Counted from the stretch's first letter, positions 1 to 8,358 are shown. The stretch is DNA of 32,000 nucleotides from Psychrobacter cryohalolentis K5 (GCF_000013905.1 NC_007969.1:30001-62000); one strand, 5' to 3'. Notes: generated by a model not told the origin, from the letters alone. Numbers and translations are program-made.

Positions 1-848
1 TGCAAATAATCATTTAATAAACCACGAGCCTGTTTCCCTGAGAATAATCTGGTTAAGCGCGTCTCAGAGCTGCGCTTATCTTGGCTGGCATCGAGTAACG
101 CTTGCTTATAAATGTCATTGATAGCGCATTTATCTGTGGTCAAAAATGCCGTCCCGATTTGCGCCAGCTCAGCACCAGCCGTTTGAACTGCTTTGATGTC
201 CTGTCCGTTCATAATGCCACCAGCCGCGATTAAAGGAATATCGTTGCAGGCACGCGTTTGACTTATTAGCGTCAATAATCCCAATGGATCGTTTTCACTT
301 TGCGGCAACCAACCACCGCGATGCCCACCCGCTTCGACCCCTTGCACGCATACCGCATCTGCACCAATCTCTGCCCATGCTTTTGCTTCCAATGGATGAT
401 TGGCAGTACCGACGACCCGTGTGCCTAGACCTTGCAAACGCTGCACCTGCTCAGCGCTGATAATGCCAAAGGTAAAACTGGCGACAGGAACGGGATTGTC
501 ATAGAGCACTTGTAGCTGCTCTGCAAAGCTTAGCGCTGGGTGCTTCGGCAGAGTAAATTCGATATTTTTCTCTTGATAGTACTTGCTTAGCCAAGTAGGT
601 ACTTCGCTATCCAAAGCACTAGATTCATGCTCTGATAACACCATCAGATTGACCATAAAAGGATGATCGGTGAGCGATTTAATGGTGTTTATTTCACTAT
701 TTAAAACGTCTGGCGCCGTCATGCCCGCTCCCAATGAACCCAGTCCACCAAAGTTACTGACAGTCGCTGCCAGCTCAGGGGTGGTTGCTCCTGCCATCGG
801 CGCTTGAACAATAGGATATGTCAAATTAAGGGTGTTCAGTAAGGTCAT
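1..848 (-). CDS. Nitronate monooxygenase / NMO-FabK family FMN oxidoreductase (3' end cut by window edge)
   Basis: Absent from the ORF track because it runs off the window. Reverse complement from the ATG at 848-846 reads MTLLNTLNLTYPIVQAPMAGATTPELAATVSNFGGLGSLGAGMT... and later ...DAVCVQGVEAGGHRGGWLPQ. The PIVQAPMAG and EAGGH motifs are typical of the NMO TIM-barrel family. Confidence 0.8.
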   Translation of the reverse strand, partial: MTLLNTLNLTYPIVQAPMAGATTPELAATVSNFGGLGSLGAGMTAPDVLNSEINTIKSLTDHPFMVNLMVLSEHESSALDSEVPTWLSKYYQEKNIEFTLPKHPALSFAEQLQVLYDNPVPVASFTFGIISAEQVQRLQGLGTRVVGTANHPLEAKAWAEIGADAVCVQGVEAGGHRGGWLPQSENDPLGLLTLISQTRACNDIPLIAAGGIMNGQDIKAVQTAGAELAQIGTAFLTTDKCAINDIYKQALLDASQDKRSSETRLTRLFSGKQARGLLNDYL

Positions 849-963
849 GACAGGCTTCCTTGTTATTTTATGAGGAGTTTTGCATGACTCACTTTAGCAA
901 AGCTGGATGGCGTGCGTGTTAGATATTGTTTATTTAGTTGCTGAATAGGAAGGTTGGTTTTTG

Positions 964-1033
964 ACTACAAAGTTGTAGTTAAAAAATTTGACTACGATTT
1001 TGTAGTTAAGTATTATGACTATAAATTTGTAGT
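964..1033 (+). promoter_or_regulatory. Three operator/iteron-like 16-bp palindromes (ACTACA-N4-TGTAGT) with exact 27-bp phasing
   Basis: ACTACAAAGTTGTAGT at 964-979 (perfect 6+6 arms), ACTACGATTTTGTAGT at 991-1006 (one arm mismatch), ACTATAAATTTGTAGT at 1018-1033 (one arm mismatch). The third copy extends to TGACTA...TAGTCA at 1016-1035. Starts are 27 bp apart, and the last copy ends 17 nt before the ATG at 1051. Confidence 0.7.
988..1016 (+). promoter_or_regulatory. Putative sigma70 promoter of the ATPase cassette
   Basis: TTGACT (988-993), a 17-nt spacer, then TATTAT (1011-1016). The -35 lies inside the second repeat unit, and palindrome 3 covers the -10/start region. AAGGA Shine-Dalgarno at 1039-1043. 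Confidence 0.55.
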
Positions 1034-1050
1034 CAACTAAGGATAAAAAG

Positions 1051-2241
1051 ATGAGTACAGGGAACATAGTGACAGGTGATAATTATTTTCCAAGACCTAC
1101 TGATGAAAATAAGCTATGGAGACATTTGTCAGATGGTGCTCATGTTCTATTGCTGGCACCTAGACGAGTAGGAAAGTCTTCAATGATTACTCATATTAAA
1201 GATCAACCAAAATCAGGTTATGCAGTTATATATGTTTTCGTGCAAGCTTGTGATAATGAGCAGAGCTTTTATCAAAAAATGCTACGTGAAATCTATCGTT
1301 CTGACCATATTAAAAAATCTGAAAAGATAAAGAGTAAGCTCTCAGAGTGGGCAAAAGGTATTAATTTTAGCTTGTCAGTTAGTCCAACGAACATCGAAGC
1401 TGGGTTAGGTAAAGAAAAGGGTGAGACCAAAATAATTACTCATGAAATGATTCGAGATGTACTGTATGAGAGCCTGAAATTGAGTGAAGAGACCATCATT
1501 ATTGCAATTGATGAATTCCCTGATGTACTGGAGAAAATATCTGATGAACATGGTAAAAGAGGTGTAGAGCAGTTTTTATCGGGTATTCGCGCACTGTGTC
1601 AAGACCCTGAGTTCAACGAAAAAGTTCAGTTTATCTTAACAGGCTCGATAGGGTTAGATACATTAGCAGAAAAATTGGCAGTTACCGACTTAATTAATAT
1701 GTTGGTGAATATGAGTGTTCGCCCTTTTAAAGACGATCGAGCAGTAGAATTTATAGACTTTTACATTAATAAGCACTGTTCAGAAGTTATTCTAGATATA
1801 GAGACTAAGCAAGCAATCATCGATGAAGTAGGTTGGAATATGCCCTACTATTTAGGGCTAGTATGTGAGCAGCTTATTGAAATATTTGATGAAGAAGAAC
1901 GTCAAATCGAGCATAGCGATGTAAAGGTAGCTATCAACAGTTTGTTTAGTCCAGCAATGAAAACCGTCTTTTCTCATTGGCGTGATAGATTAAACCGTCT
2001 AGAAAAAATTGAACGCCATTATGCTCAACAAGTTTTAGATTTGGTAAGCAAAACAGATACTAGCGTGGTCCATGGAGAGTTATTTAACCTGTCGCAACAT
2101 ATTGACTTTAAAGATCAAGTGAATAGCAGATATGTCATTAACTGCCTTTTACACGATGGTTATCTTTATCAACCAGAAGACAGTACTTATCAATTTACTT
2201 CTCCTTTACTAAAACGTTGGTGGACTCGTTATGGAAAATAA
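1051..2241 (+). CDS. P-loop NTPase, Arch_ATPase (ATPase_2)-like AAA+ with C-terminal winged-helix/DUF234-like region
   Basis: 396-aa ORF with an AAGGA RBS. Walker A LLLAPRRVGKSS (nt 1156-1182), Walker B IIIAIDEF (nt 1495-1518), sensor-like FILTGS. The C-terminal segment YAQQVLDLVSK...VINCLLHDGYLYQ...YQFTSPLLKRWW resembles the wHTH tail of archaeal-type ATPases. Family assignment is from motif recall, not from a search. Confidence 0.8.
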   Translation: MSTGNIVTGDNYFPRPTDENKLWRHLSDGAHVLLLAPRRVGKSSMITHIKDQPKSGYAVIYVFVQACDNEQSFYQKMLREIYRSDHIKKSEKIKSKLSEWAKGINFSLSVSPTNIEAGLGKEKGETKIITHEMIRDVLYESLKLSEETIIIAIDEFPDVLEKISDEHGKRGVEQFLSGIRALCQDPEFNEKVQFILTGSIGLDTLAEKLAVTDLINMLVNMSVRPFKDDRAVEFIDFYINKHCSEVILDIETKQAIIDEVGWNMPYYLGLVCEQLIEIFDEEERQIEHSDVKVAINSLFSPAMKTVFSHWRDRLNRLEKIERHYAQQVLDLVSKTDTSVVHGELFNLSQHIDFKDQVNSRYVINCLLHDGYLYQPEDSTYQFTSPLLKRWWTRYGK

Positions 2242-4309
2242 TAATATAAAAAGCCATTCAGTCTTACTTTATAACACGCAAAATATAGATGCTCAGCTAC
2301 TAAAAGCAGGATTTAGTATTCGCAAAAAAGAATACCAACGCATCTGGAAGGATATTCAAACGAGTAAAATGGCTCATCCAGAGACCCATTATCTTATTCA
2401 AGGCGTAAGAGGCGCAGGTAAAACTACTTTATTATCTCGTCTTTCCTATGAAGTTGCAGAAGACAAGAAATTAAGCGAATGGTTGATACCTATTTTATTG
2501 AATGAAGAAGAGTACGGTATATTATCGCTATTTACTTTTTGGCTACGTATTGCTGAAAAGCTAGCAGAATATGATGCTCAGTTATATTCAGAGCTTTTTC
2601 AACAAGTCTTGAGCTTAGACGATGATGCGGTAGTTGCTTGGGAGCTTATACAGCATTACTTAGATAAAAATAAGCAAAAAATTATCGTTTTTGTCGATAA
2701 TCTAGGAGAGTTATTTAAGGATTTTGATAAAGTTGAGCATGCTCAACTGCGTGAAGTATTGAGTCTTCATCCGCATATTCGTCTTATCGGTGGTTCAAGC
2801 CAATCACTAGAAGCACACTTCGATGTATCGGCTCCGTTCTACCAGTTTTTTAAACTGATAAACCTTAAGTCAATAGATGAAACGGACATGCATGAACTAC
2901 TGCGCTCTCTAGCGACACAAACTGGAGAAGAAGCAGTCAAAACGATTGAAGAAATTATTACTGAGTACCCTGAACGTATTGAAGCGGTAAGGCGGCTAAC
3001 TGACGGTGTACCTCGTACTATTGTATTGCTATTTCAAATTATTATGGAGGGAGCGAAAGAGAGTAGTTACGCCTACTTAGAAGAAACGATCGATAAGACT
3101 ACACCATTGTATAAACATCGAATGGATGACCTATCACGCCAGCAAAAAGCAATTGTACATGCTATCGCTATGAACTGGGATGCGATGAGTACCAAGGAAA
3201 TCTCTGAGCAAACTCGTTTGCCAAGCAAGACAGTATCTGCGCAATTGGTAAAGCTACAACAGCAATGGATAGTTGATAAAATTGAGACTAATACCAAGAA
3301 CCATCTTTACATTATTAGAGAGCGGTTTTTTAATATTTGGTATTTGATGCGTTATGGTAGTCAGACGGATAAGCGCCGTGTTTTATGGCTTACTAGATTT
3401 TTAGAGAGTTGGTATGATAAGAATGAGTTGAATATAAAGCTGGTTGAAATAGCTATACCTTATATAGATTTAAATGGTGCTGACGGTTTTAAGTTGCAAA
3501 GAACTAAAGAGGTATATATAAACGCTTTGCTAGCCAGTGAGCATATAGACGAAACTCTAAAGGCGAGCGTAAATATTTTCTTAAAACCATACTACAGCAA
3601 CTTAATTAGATCTGAAGAATGGGAGGTTTATAAAGTTAATCTTGAAAACTGTTTTTTAAATATAGAACTTAAAAGATATAAGGAGGCAAAACGTAATATT
3701 GAAGAAGTACTAAAATTAGATATTGGTTCTGCTCAAAATTTAATAATATTAGAAGTTGTTTATGAGTTTTTTAATGAAGATGAAGAGTTAAAGAACAAAG
3801 TAATTTCTAATATTCTTCAAGAATCAGCAAAGTCTTCAATGAGTCGTTTAATGCTATTAGTAAACATAGTTGATATGGATTATGAGAGTTCTAAGAATGT
3901 TGGTCGGATAATAGTTAATGAAACAACGTCAGAAGCAAAGCTTGATAGTGCTATATTTATGGCTTTTCAAGCATATATACAATTATGGTTCGACGAATTC
4001 GAAGATTTAGAAAGTAGTTTAGAGACACTAAGAAATAATAATCTTGTCTTTGAGGAAGGTGGAATGTTCCTAACTTTATTTGAAAATTTCCTAGTTCTTC
4101 TAATTCAGAAGAATCAGTTAGAAATAGCTTATGGACTTATGGACGAATTCATCCATCTAAAAGAGCAGTTTAAACCTATCTACTACGCCCTAGTGTCTCT
4201 ACTCAAAGATGAACGCCGACAAGAATATCTGCGTATGGGTCCAGAGTTACAAGGAACAGTAGATGAAATATTACAAAATGTCGAAGAGTATCGGGTTAAA
4301 TACTCTTAG
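2231..4309 (+). CDS. STAND/AAA+-like NTPase with central winged-helix and C-terminal helical-repeat (TPR-like) domain
   Basis: 692-aa ORF whose ATG overlaps the stop of the upstream gene by 11 nt (2231-2241). Walker A GVRGAGKTTLL (nt 2402-2428), Walker B-like IIVFVDN (nt 2681-2701), sensor-like RLIGGS, GxP-like TDGVPRTIVLL. wHTH-like LSRQQKAIVHAIAMNWDAMSTKEISEQTRLPSKTVSAQLVKLQQQWIV (about nt 3128-3325). Residues 400-692 are all-helical and repeat-like (e.g. LKRYKEAKRNIEEVLKLD). Confidence 0.8.
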   Translation: MENNNIKSHSVLLYNTQNIDAQLLKAGFSIRKKEYQRIWKDIQTSKMAHPETHYLIQGVRGAGKTTLLSRLSYEVAEDKKLSEWLIPILLNEEEYGILSLFTFWLRIAEKLAEYDAQLYSELFQQVLSLDDDAVVAWELIQHYLDKNKQKIIVFVDNLGELFKDFDKVEHAQLREVLSLHPHIRLIGGSSQSLEAHFDVSAPFYQFFKLINLKSIDETDMHELLRSLATQTGEEAVKTIEEIITEYPERIEAVRRLTDGVPRTIVLLFQIIMEGAKESSYAYLEETIDKTTPLYKHRMDDLSRQQKAIVHAIAMNWDAMSTKEISEQTRLPSKTVSAQLVKLQQQWIVDKIETNTKNHLYIIRERFFNIWYLMRYGSQTDKRRVLWLTRFLESWYDKNELNIKLVEIAIPYIDLNGADGFKLQRTKEVYINALLASEHIDETLKASVNIFLKPYYSNLIRSEEWEVYKVNLENCFLNIELKRYKEAKRNIEEVLKLDIGSAQNLIILEVVYEFFNEDEELKNKVISNILQESAKSSMSRLMLLVNIVDMDYESSKNVGRIIVNETTSEAKLDSAIFMAFQAYIQLWFDEFEDLESSLETLRNNNLVFEEGGMFLTLFENFLVLLIQKNQLEIAYGLMDEFIHLKEQFKPIYYALVSLLKDERRQEYLRMGPELQGTVDEILQNVEEYRVKYS

Positions 4310-4318
4310 ATAAAACAA

Positions 4319-4355
4319 AGGTCATAACTCAGTTCCAAAGAATAAGTTATGACCT
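4319..4355. terminator. Hairpin shared by the convergent ATPase cassette and the DsrE-like gene
   Basis: Perfect 11-bp stem aggtcataact (4319-4329) / agttatgacct (4345-4355) with a 15-nt loop. On the minus strand it is followed by a T-rich tract (ctttgtttta). There is no T-run on the plus strand. Confidence 0.55.
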
Positions 4356-4385
4356 CTCAGATTCAAAATTACTCAACTTCAAATA

Positions 4386-4763
4386 CTAATTCAACTGCAA
4401 CGACCCTTTTGCGTTCATCAACAGCTCAACCACATCATCCCCACTAATGACCGTGAAGCGCTTATCAATGGCTGATTCTTCTACGCCACCATGTTTCATA
4501 CACGCGCCGCAAACCAATACTTGACCGCCTTTTTCGATAAAGGCTTCTAGTAATTCGCCAGCAGGTTCAAAGGGATCGCCAATATCGACATTATCTAAAG
4601 CGTTTGGCAATGCCAAATGCACCGCGTCCACCATCAATATGACTGATGCAGAGTGACCTTTTTTAAGTGCCACACCCGCCATAGTAAAAGCTAAGGTGAT
4701 CTTGCTTGGGTTTGACTCACTATTATCAAACAGCGTACCGACATAATCCGTATTATTAACCAT
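4386..4763 (-). CDS. DsrE/DsrF-like sulfur-relay family protein
   Basis: 125 aa. The layout ...KITLAFTMAGVALKKGHSASVILMVDAVHL...VLVCGACMKHGG... matches the DsrE-like fold pattern (recall-based). Confidence 0.65.
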   Translation of the reverse strand: MVNNTDYVGTLFDNSESNPSKITLAFTMAGVALKKGHSASVILMVDAVHLALPNALDNVDIGDPFEPAGELLEAFIEKGGQVLVCGACMKHGGVEESAIDKRFTVISGDDVVELLMNAKGSLQLN

Positions 4764-5008
4764 ATTATTTTCCTTTATTAGACTGTTTCTAATTGGATAG
4801 TATTCAGTTGAGTATAAAACTCACTACTATCCTAGCATTGATTATATTTATTTATATAATGTATTGTTAGCAAACAGTAGTTATAAGGTTAACTGATTGT
4901 GAATAGCTGTCTATGAAAAAATTGATCATGACAAGTGGATTTTGACGAAGCACTGCGATGTAAATGGTTAAATAATCAGTCCTTATTTTGAGGTAAGCCT
5001 AGCAAAAC

Positions 5009-5551
5009 CTAAGATTGTGGCGGCCATGGACGGTCGGCATCACTGACAATCCATTCTGCCACATAGCCGCTCGGCGGTAGCTGCCAATCCGATTGGTCTA
5101 AGGCTGCCAGTACTCGTGCCGTCTCGATGACCTTACCGCCTTTGGTGACGCCTGTACGTAGTAGTGCCGACGAGCAAGGCTTGCCTTTTACCCACATCGA
5201 TTGCTCAATATATATCCAGCGCTCATCGAAGCCGACGATTTTGGTCTTCATGGTGACTTTTTCAAAAGCACGAATACGTTTGCGATATTGGATGGTACTA
5301 CCAGCCACGACCAAGCCCCAACGCTGTCTAAGCAATTGAGTGCCGAGCCCGCTCCGTACTGCAAAGTCGGTACGCCCCATATCATAAAGGGTCAGCACGC
5401 GACCATTATTCATTTCCAAGAAATTATCAATATCTGTCAGACGGCAGCGAAAGGTAATCTCACTGGTTTCTTTGAACGTTAAAGTATTGCCTTTTTTCAC
5501 TTGCAGCGCGGCATGGGCGATGGTGCTGGCGTAACGGATAAATGGATACAT
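5009..5551 (-). CDS. Hotdog-fold acyl-CoA thioesterase family protein
   Basis: 180 aa. The pattern TFRCRLTDIDNFLEMNNGRVLTLYDMGRTDF...VVAGSTIQYRKRIRAFEKV is typical of thioesterase-like hotdog proteins. Confidence 0.6.
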   Translation of the reverse strand: MYPFIRYASTIAHAALQVKKGNTLTFKETSEITFRCRLTDIDNFLEMNNGRVLTLYDMGRTDFAVRSGLGTQLLRQRWGLVVAGSTIQYRKRIRAFEKVTMKTKIVGFDERWIYIEQSMWVKGKPCSSALLRTGVTKGGKVIETARVLAALDQSDWQLPPSGYVAEWIVSDADRPWPPQS

Positions 5552-5603
5552 AAAGCAGTCTCAAAATATTTAAAGATAAAAACGATGTTTTTTATTTTAT
5601 AAT

Positions 5604-6656
5604 TTATCTAATTTTATTAGATGGCACGCCAATATGATTAAAGTAGGCACTCACGGTTTCAGGTATCCAGTTGATGTCAAACTTTGATTTTTTACTTGGA
5701 GTTTTTACATTGCTATTGCTTGTACGATAACGCAAATAGCCGATATGACCCCCGTGTGCCGTATCTAATATGGTGACACTGTCTGAGACATCATTGGGCG
5801 TGGCAGTAAAGCCAATAAAGGGATCGTCTTTGGCGCTAATAAGCAACAGCGGGCGTGTGACATTCCTTAAGTGAGGTAGGGCAGAGGAGGAGCGGTAGTA
5901 ATCATTATTAGAGCGGTAACCATGCCTAGGCGCAGTGAAGATATTATCAAAATCGCTAATGCGTTTTACCGCTTTGATAGAAGCAATCTCGTCTGCGGTA
6001 ATTTCATTTGCTAAGGCTTTTTTGATAATCGGATTGAGTAAATAAGGGGTATAGATACGATGACTCAAAAAGCTATGCATCGTAATAGCAGCCGATGACA
6101 TATCAACTGGCGCAGATATTACCGCTGCGCCGTCGCATAGCGCCTCATCACCATATTCACCCATATACTTTGCCAAGGCATTACCGCCAAGTGACACGCC
6201 AACCCCATAGATATGGGCGTAATTCTCATGCAAGTTCTCTAACATATGATGCACCTCGCCCGTGTCACCAGCGTTATAAAACACTTTGCCATTAGCGGGA
6301 ATACCACCGCAACTGCGAAAGTGAGCGACGACAAAATGCCAGCCTTGCGCATGCATCTGATATGCCAAGGCACGCGCATAATGACTGTCACTGCTGCCTT
6401 CCATCCCATGAAAAAGTACGATTAATGGTGTTTGTTCAAGTTTGCCATTTTCTAAATCTTGGACAGGATGAGCATCATAAAAGTCATAAGCGATATCAGT
6501 TTCGCAAAGTGAGTCTTGTTTAATCACGCGTCGGTAATTCGGTGTTTTTGGCGCAAAAAACTTCGGTAAAATACTTTGCAAGTGCGGATTGGTGAGCCAA
6601 AACGGCGGTTTAAAAGGGGCAGGTGCGAATGGTTTTGTCGACTTTGAGGTTGGCAT
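5604..6656 (-). CDS. yheT: Alpha/beta-fold hydrolase, YheT family
   Basis: 350 aa. NPHLQSILPKFF, PLIVLFHGMEGSSDSHY, nucleophile elbow GVSLGGN, SAKDDPF and HGGHIGYL are collinear with E. coli YheT as I recall it. Confidence 0.7.
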   Translation of the reverse strand: MPTSKSTKPFAPAPFKPPFWLTNPHLQSILPKFFAPKTPNYRRVIKQDSLCETDIAYDFYDAHPVQDLENGKLEQTPLIVLFHGMEGSSDSHYARALAYQMHAQGWHFVVAHFRSCGGIPANGKVFYNAGDTGEVHHMLENLHENYAHIYGVGVSLGGNALAKYMGEYGDEALCDGAAVISAPVDMSSAAITMHSFLSHRIYTPYLLNPIIKKALANEITADEIASIKAVKRISDFDNIFTAPRHGYRSNNDYYRSSSALPHLRNVTRPLLLISAKDDPFIGFTATPNDVSDSVTILDTAHGGHIGYLRYRTSNSNVKTPSKKSKFDINWIPETVSAYFNHIGVPSNKIR

Positions 6657-6775
6657 ATTTCAGTCTTATTTTATGTTTGTTAAAAAATCGTCTTTGAAAA
6701 TCAGTGCCTTATCATATCCAAGGTCGTCGTCAAAACCAATGGTTTTCAGTGAACGCATGATTACTCATTTAATTC

Positions 6776-7372
6776 TTATAACTTATCTAATACGCGTCCA
6801 TCCATCGCAAGACGTTCTTTTAAGTGCTCGATATTTGCCTCAGCGAGCGTCACAGTCAAGGTAACCTGCTTACTATAAGCGACATTATCGATGCTGCCGT
6901 TTAAGCTCTCGACGACATAGCGGCACTGGGCTTCGGTGGCGAATTCTGCCAGTATTGGTACCGTGATAATAGGAACATAAGGGCTTAGTATCATCTCATC
7001 CACTGCCGCTTGCGCTGAGCCTGCATAAGAACGGGTCAAACCGCCAGCACCGAGCTTGATACCACCAAAATAACGGACAACGATAATAATGACGTTGCCG
7101 ATAGATTTATGTTGCAAGACGTTTAATATCGGTCGTCCTGCGGTGCCATTGGGCTCGCCATCATCGTCAAAGCCTGCGCTGGTGGTGTTATTGGGATCGC
7201 CAATAATATAAGCCCAACAGTGATGACGGGCATCAGCATATTGCTCACGTAGTTGTTCCACGTGAAACATTGCCTGCTCACGCGAGGTCACTGGATAAGC
7301 ATAGGTAATAAAGGCAGATTTTTTGATTTCTAAGCGTGCAGTGACGGCACGTTTTAGCGTTTGATAGCTCAT
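6776..7372 (-). CDS. yigZ: YigZ / IMPACT-family (UPF0029) protein
   Basis: 198 aa. IKKSAFITYAYPV, the hallmark ARHHCWAY, DDGEPNGTAGRPIL and VVRYFGGIKLGAGGL. Confidence 0.8.
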   Translation of the reverse strand: MSYQTLKRAVTARLEIKKSAFITYAYPVTSREQAMFHVEQLREQYADARHHCWAYIIGDPNNTTSAGFDDDGEPNGTAGRPILNVLQHKSIGNVIIIVVRYFGGIKLGAGGLTRSYAGSAQAAVDEMILSPYVPIITVPILAEFATEAQCRYVVESLNGSIDNVAYSKQVTLTVTLAEANIEHLKERLAMDGRVLDKL

Positions 7373-7570
7373 ATTTCATCAGGCTTAGGTTGGATATGGT
7401 AAACTTGTCTAACTTTCACTGTTGTCCGTATTTGGCGCAGTGTAAATTTCATTTTTCATTATAGTACCACTTCTGACCATTGAAGATAGCCAACAACAGA
7501 CGTGCACGTGCATGCATCGTTGGTCTTTGATTGAGAGTGAGTATCCCAAAACGGATGGTAGGCAAATCGT

Positions 7571-8275
7571 ATGCGTCTAGATAAATTTCTGAGTAAAGCC
7601 ACTGAGCTGTCGCGTAAAGAATCCAAAAAAATTCTGCACGCTGGTGAAGTCACAGTAAACGAGCAAGTCATTAAAGATCCCGGTGTACATGTCGATATCG
7701 TTAATGACGATGTACAGTGGGCAGGCGAGCCATTGTCGGTCGCCACTGGCAATCGCTATATCTTGCTTCATAAACCAGAAGGCTTTGAATGTACCCTAAA
7801 GGCTAAAGAATACCCAATCGTCACTGACCTTATTGCGGTGCCAGAGCTTGGCAGTTTACGTATTGCTGGGCGTCTTGATGTTGATACAACTGGTGCATTA
7901 CTCATCAGTGATGATGGCGGCTGGCTACATCGCGTAACTAGCCCAAAGCATGAACATGCCAAAGTCTACGAGTTGACGTTAGCAGATGCTATGGATAGTG
8001 ACGCTCAAGCCAATGCCATTAAGGAAGTGGCTGAAGGCATCCTTTTAGAAGGTGACCACGAAGAAACCAAGCCTGCGACCCTCGAGTTTATCGATGAAAC
8101 TCATGCGCGTTTAACCTTAGAGCAAGGTAAATACCATCAAGTGAAACGTATGATGGGCTATTTCGGTAATAGAGTGGTTGAGCTACATCGTGCTAGTGTC
8201 GGTCATATTACTTTAGACGGGTTAGAAAAAGGCGACAGTCGCTTCTTAACACCAGAAGAAGTAGCAAAATTTTAG
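7571..8275 (+). CDS. rsuA: 16S rRNA pseudouridine(516) synthase
   Basis: 234 aa. S4 domain MRLDKFLSK..., catalytic GRLDVDTTGALL, and GKYHQVKRM. Collinear with E. coli RsuA. Confidence 0.85.
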   Translation: MRLDKFLSKATELSRKESKKILHAGEVTVNEQVIKDPGVHVDIVNDDVQWAGEPLSVATGNRYILLHKPEGFECTLKAKEYPIVTDLIAVPELGSLRIAGRLDVDTTGALLISDDGGWLHRVTSPKHEHAKVYELTLADAMDSDAQANAIKEVAEGILLEGDHEETKPATLEFIDETHARLTLEQGKYHQVKRMMGYFGNRVVELHRASVGHITLDGLEKGDSRFLTPEEVAKF

Positions 8276-8329
8276 AGTTGTAGCTTATTAGGTTATAAAA
8301 TTATGCTTTAGAAAAATTACTCCAAAATC

Positions 8330-8358
8330 AGCAGCCACTCAATAGTGTGCTGCTTTTT
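8330..8358 (+). terminator. Rho-independent terminator after rsuA
   Basis: agcagccac / gtgtgctgct stem (one bulge) followed by TTTTT (8354-8358). Confidence 0.5.

Noticed and set aside
3073-3297. 74-aa Cys-rich ORF antisense to the second ATPase gene
   Set aside because: It lies entirely within, and antisense to, a long well-supported ORF. It has no RBS and a composition typical of shadow ORFs. A hidden small effector cannot be excluded, but nothing supports one.
5127-5482. Two plus-strand ORFs (70 and 93 aa) inside the thioesterase gene
   Set aside because: Antisense shadow ORFs. The minus-strand hotdog-fold product is coherent.
7503-7512. TGCACGTGCA palindrome in the yigZ-rsuA intergenic region, considered as another copy of the 14-mer motif
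   Set aside because: It shares only the CACGTG core, and the flanks do not match GTTT/AAAC. It is too short to distinguish from chance.
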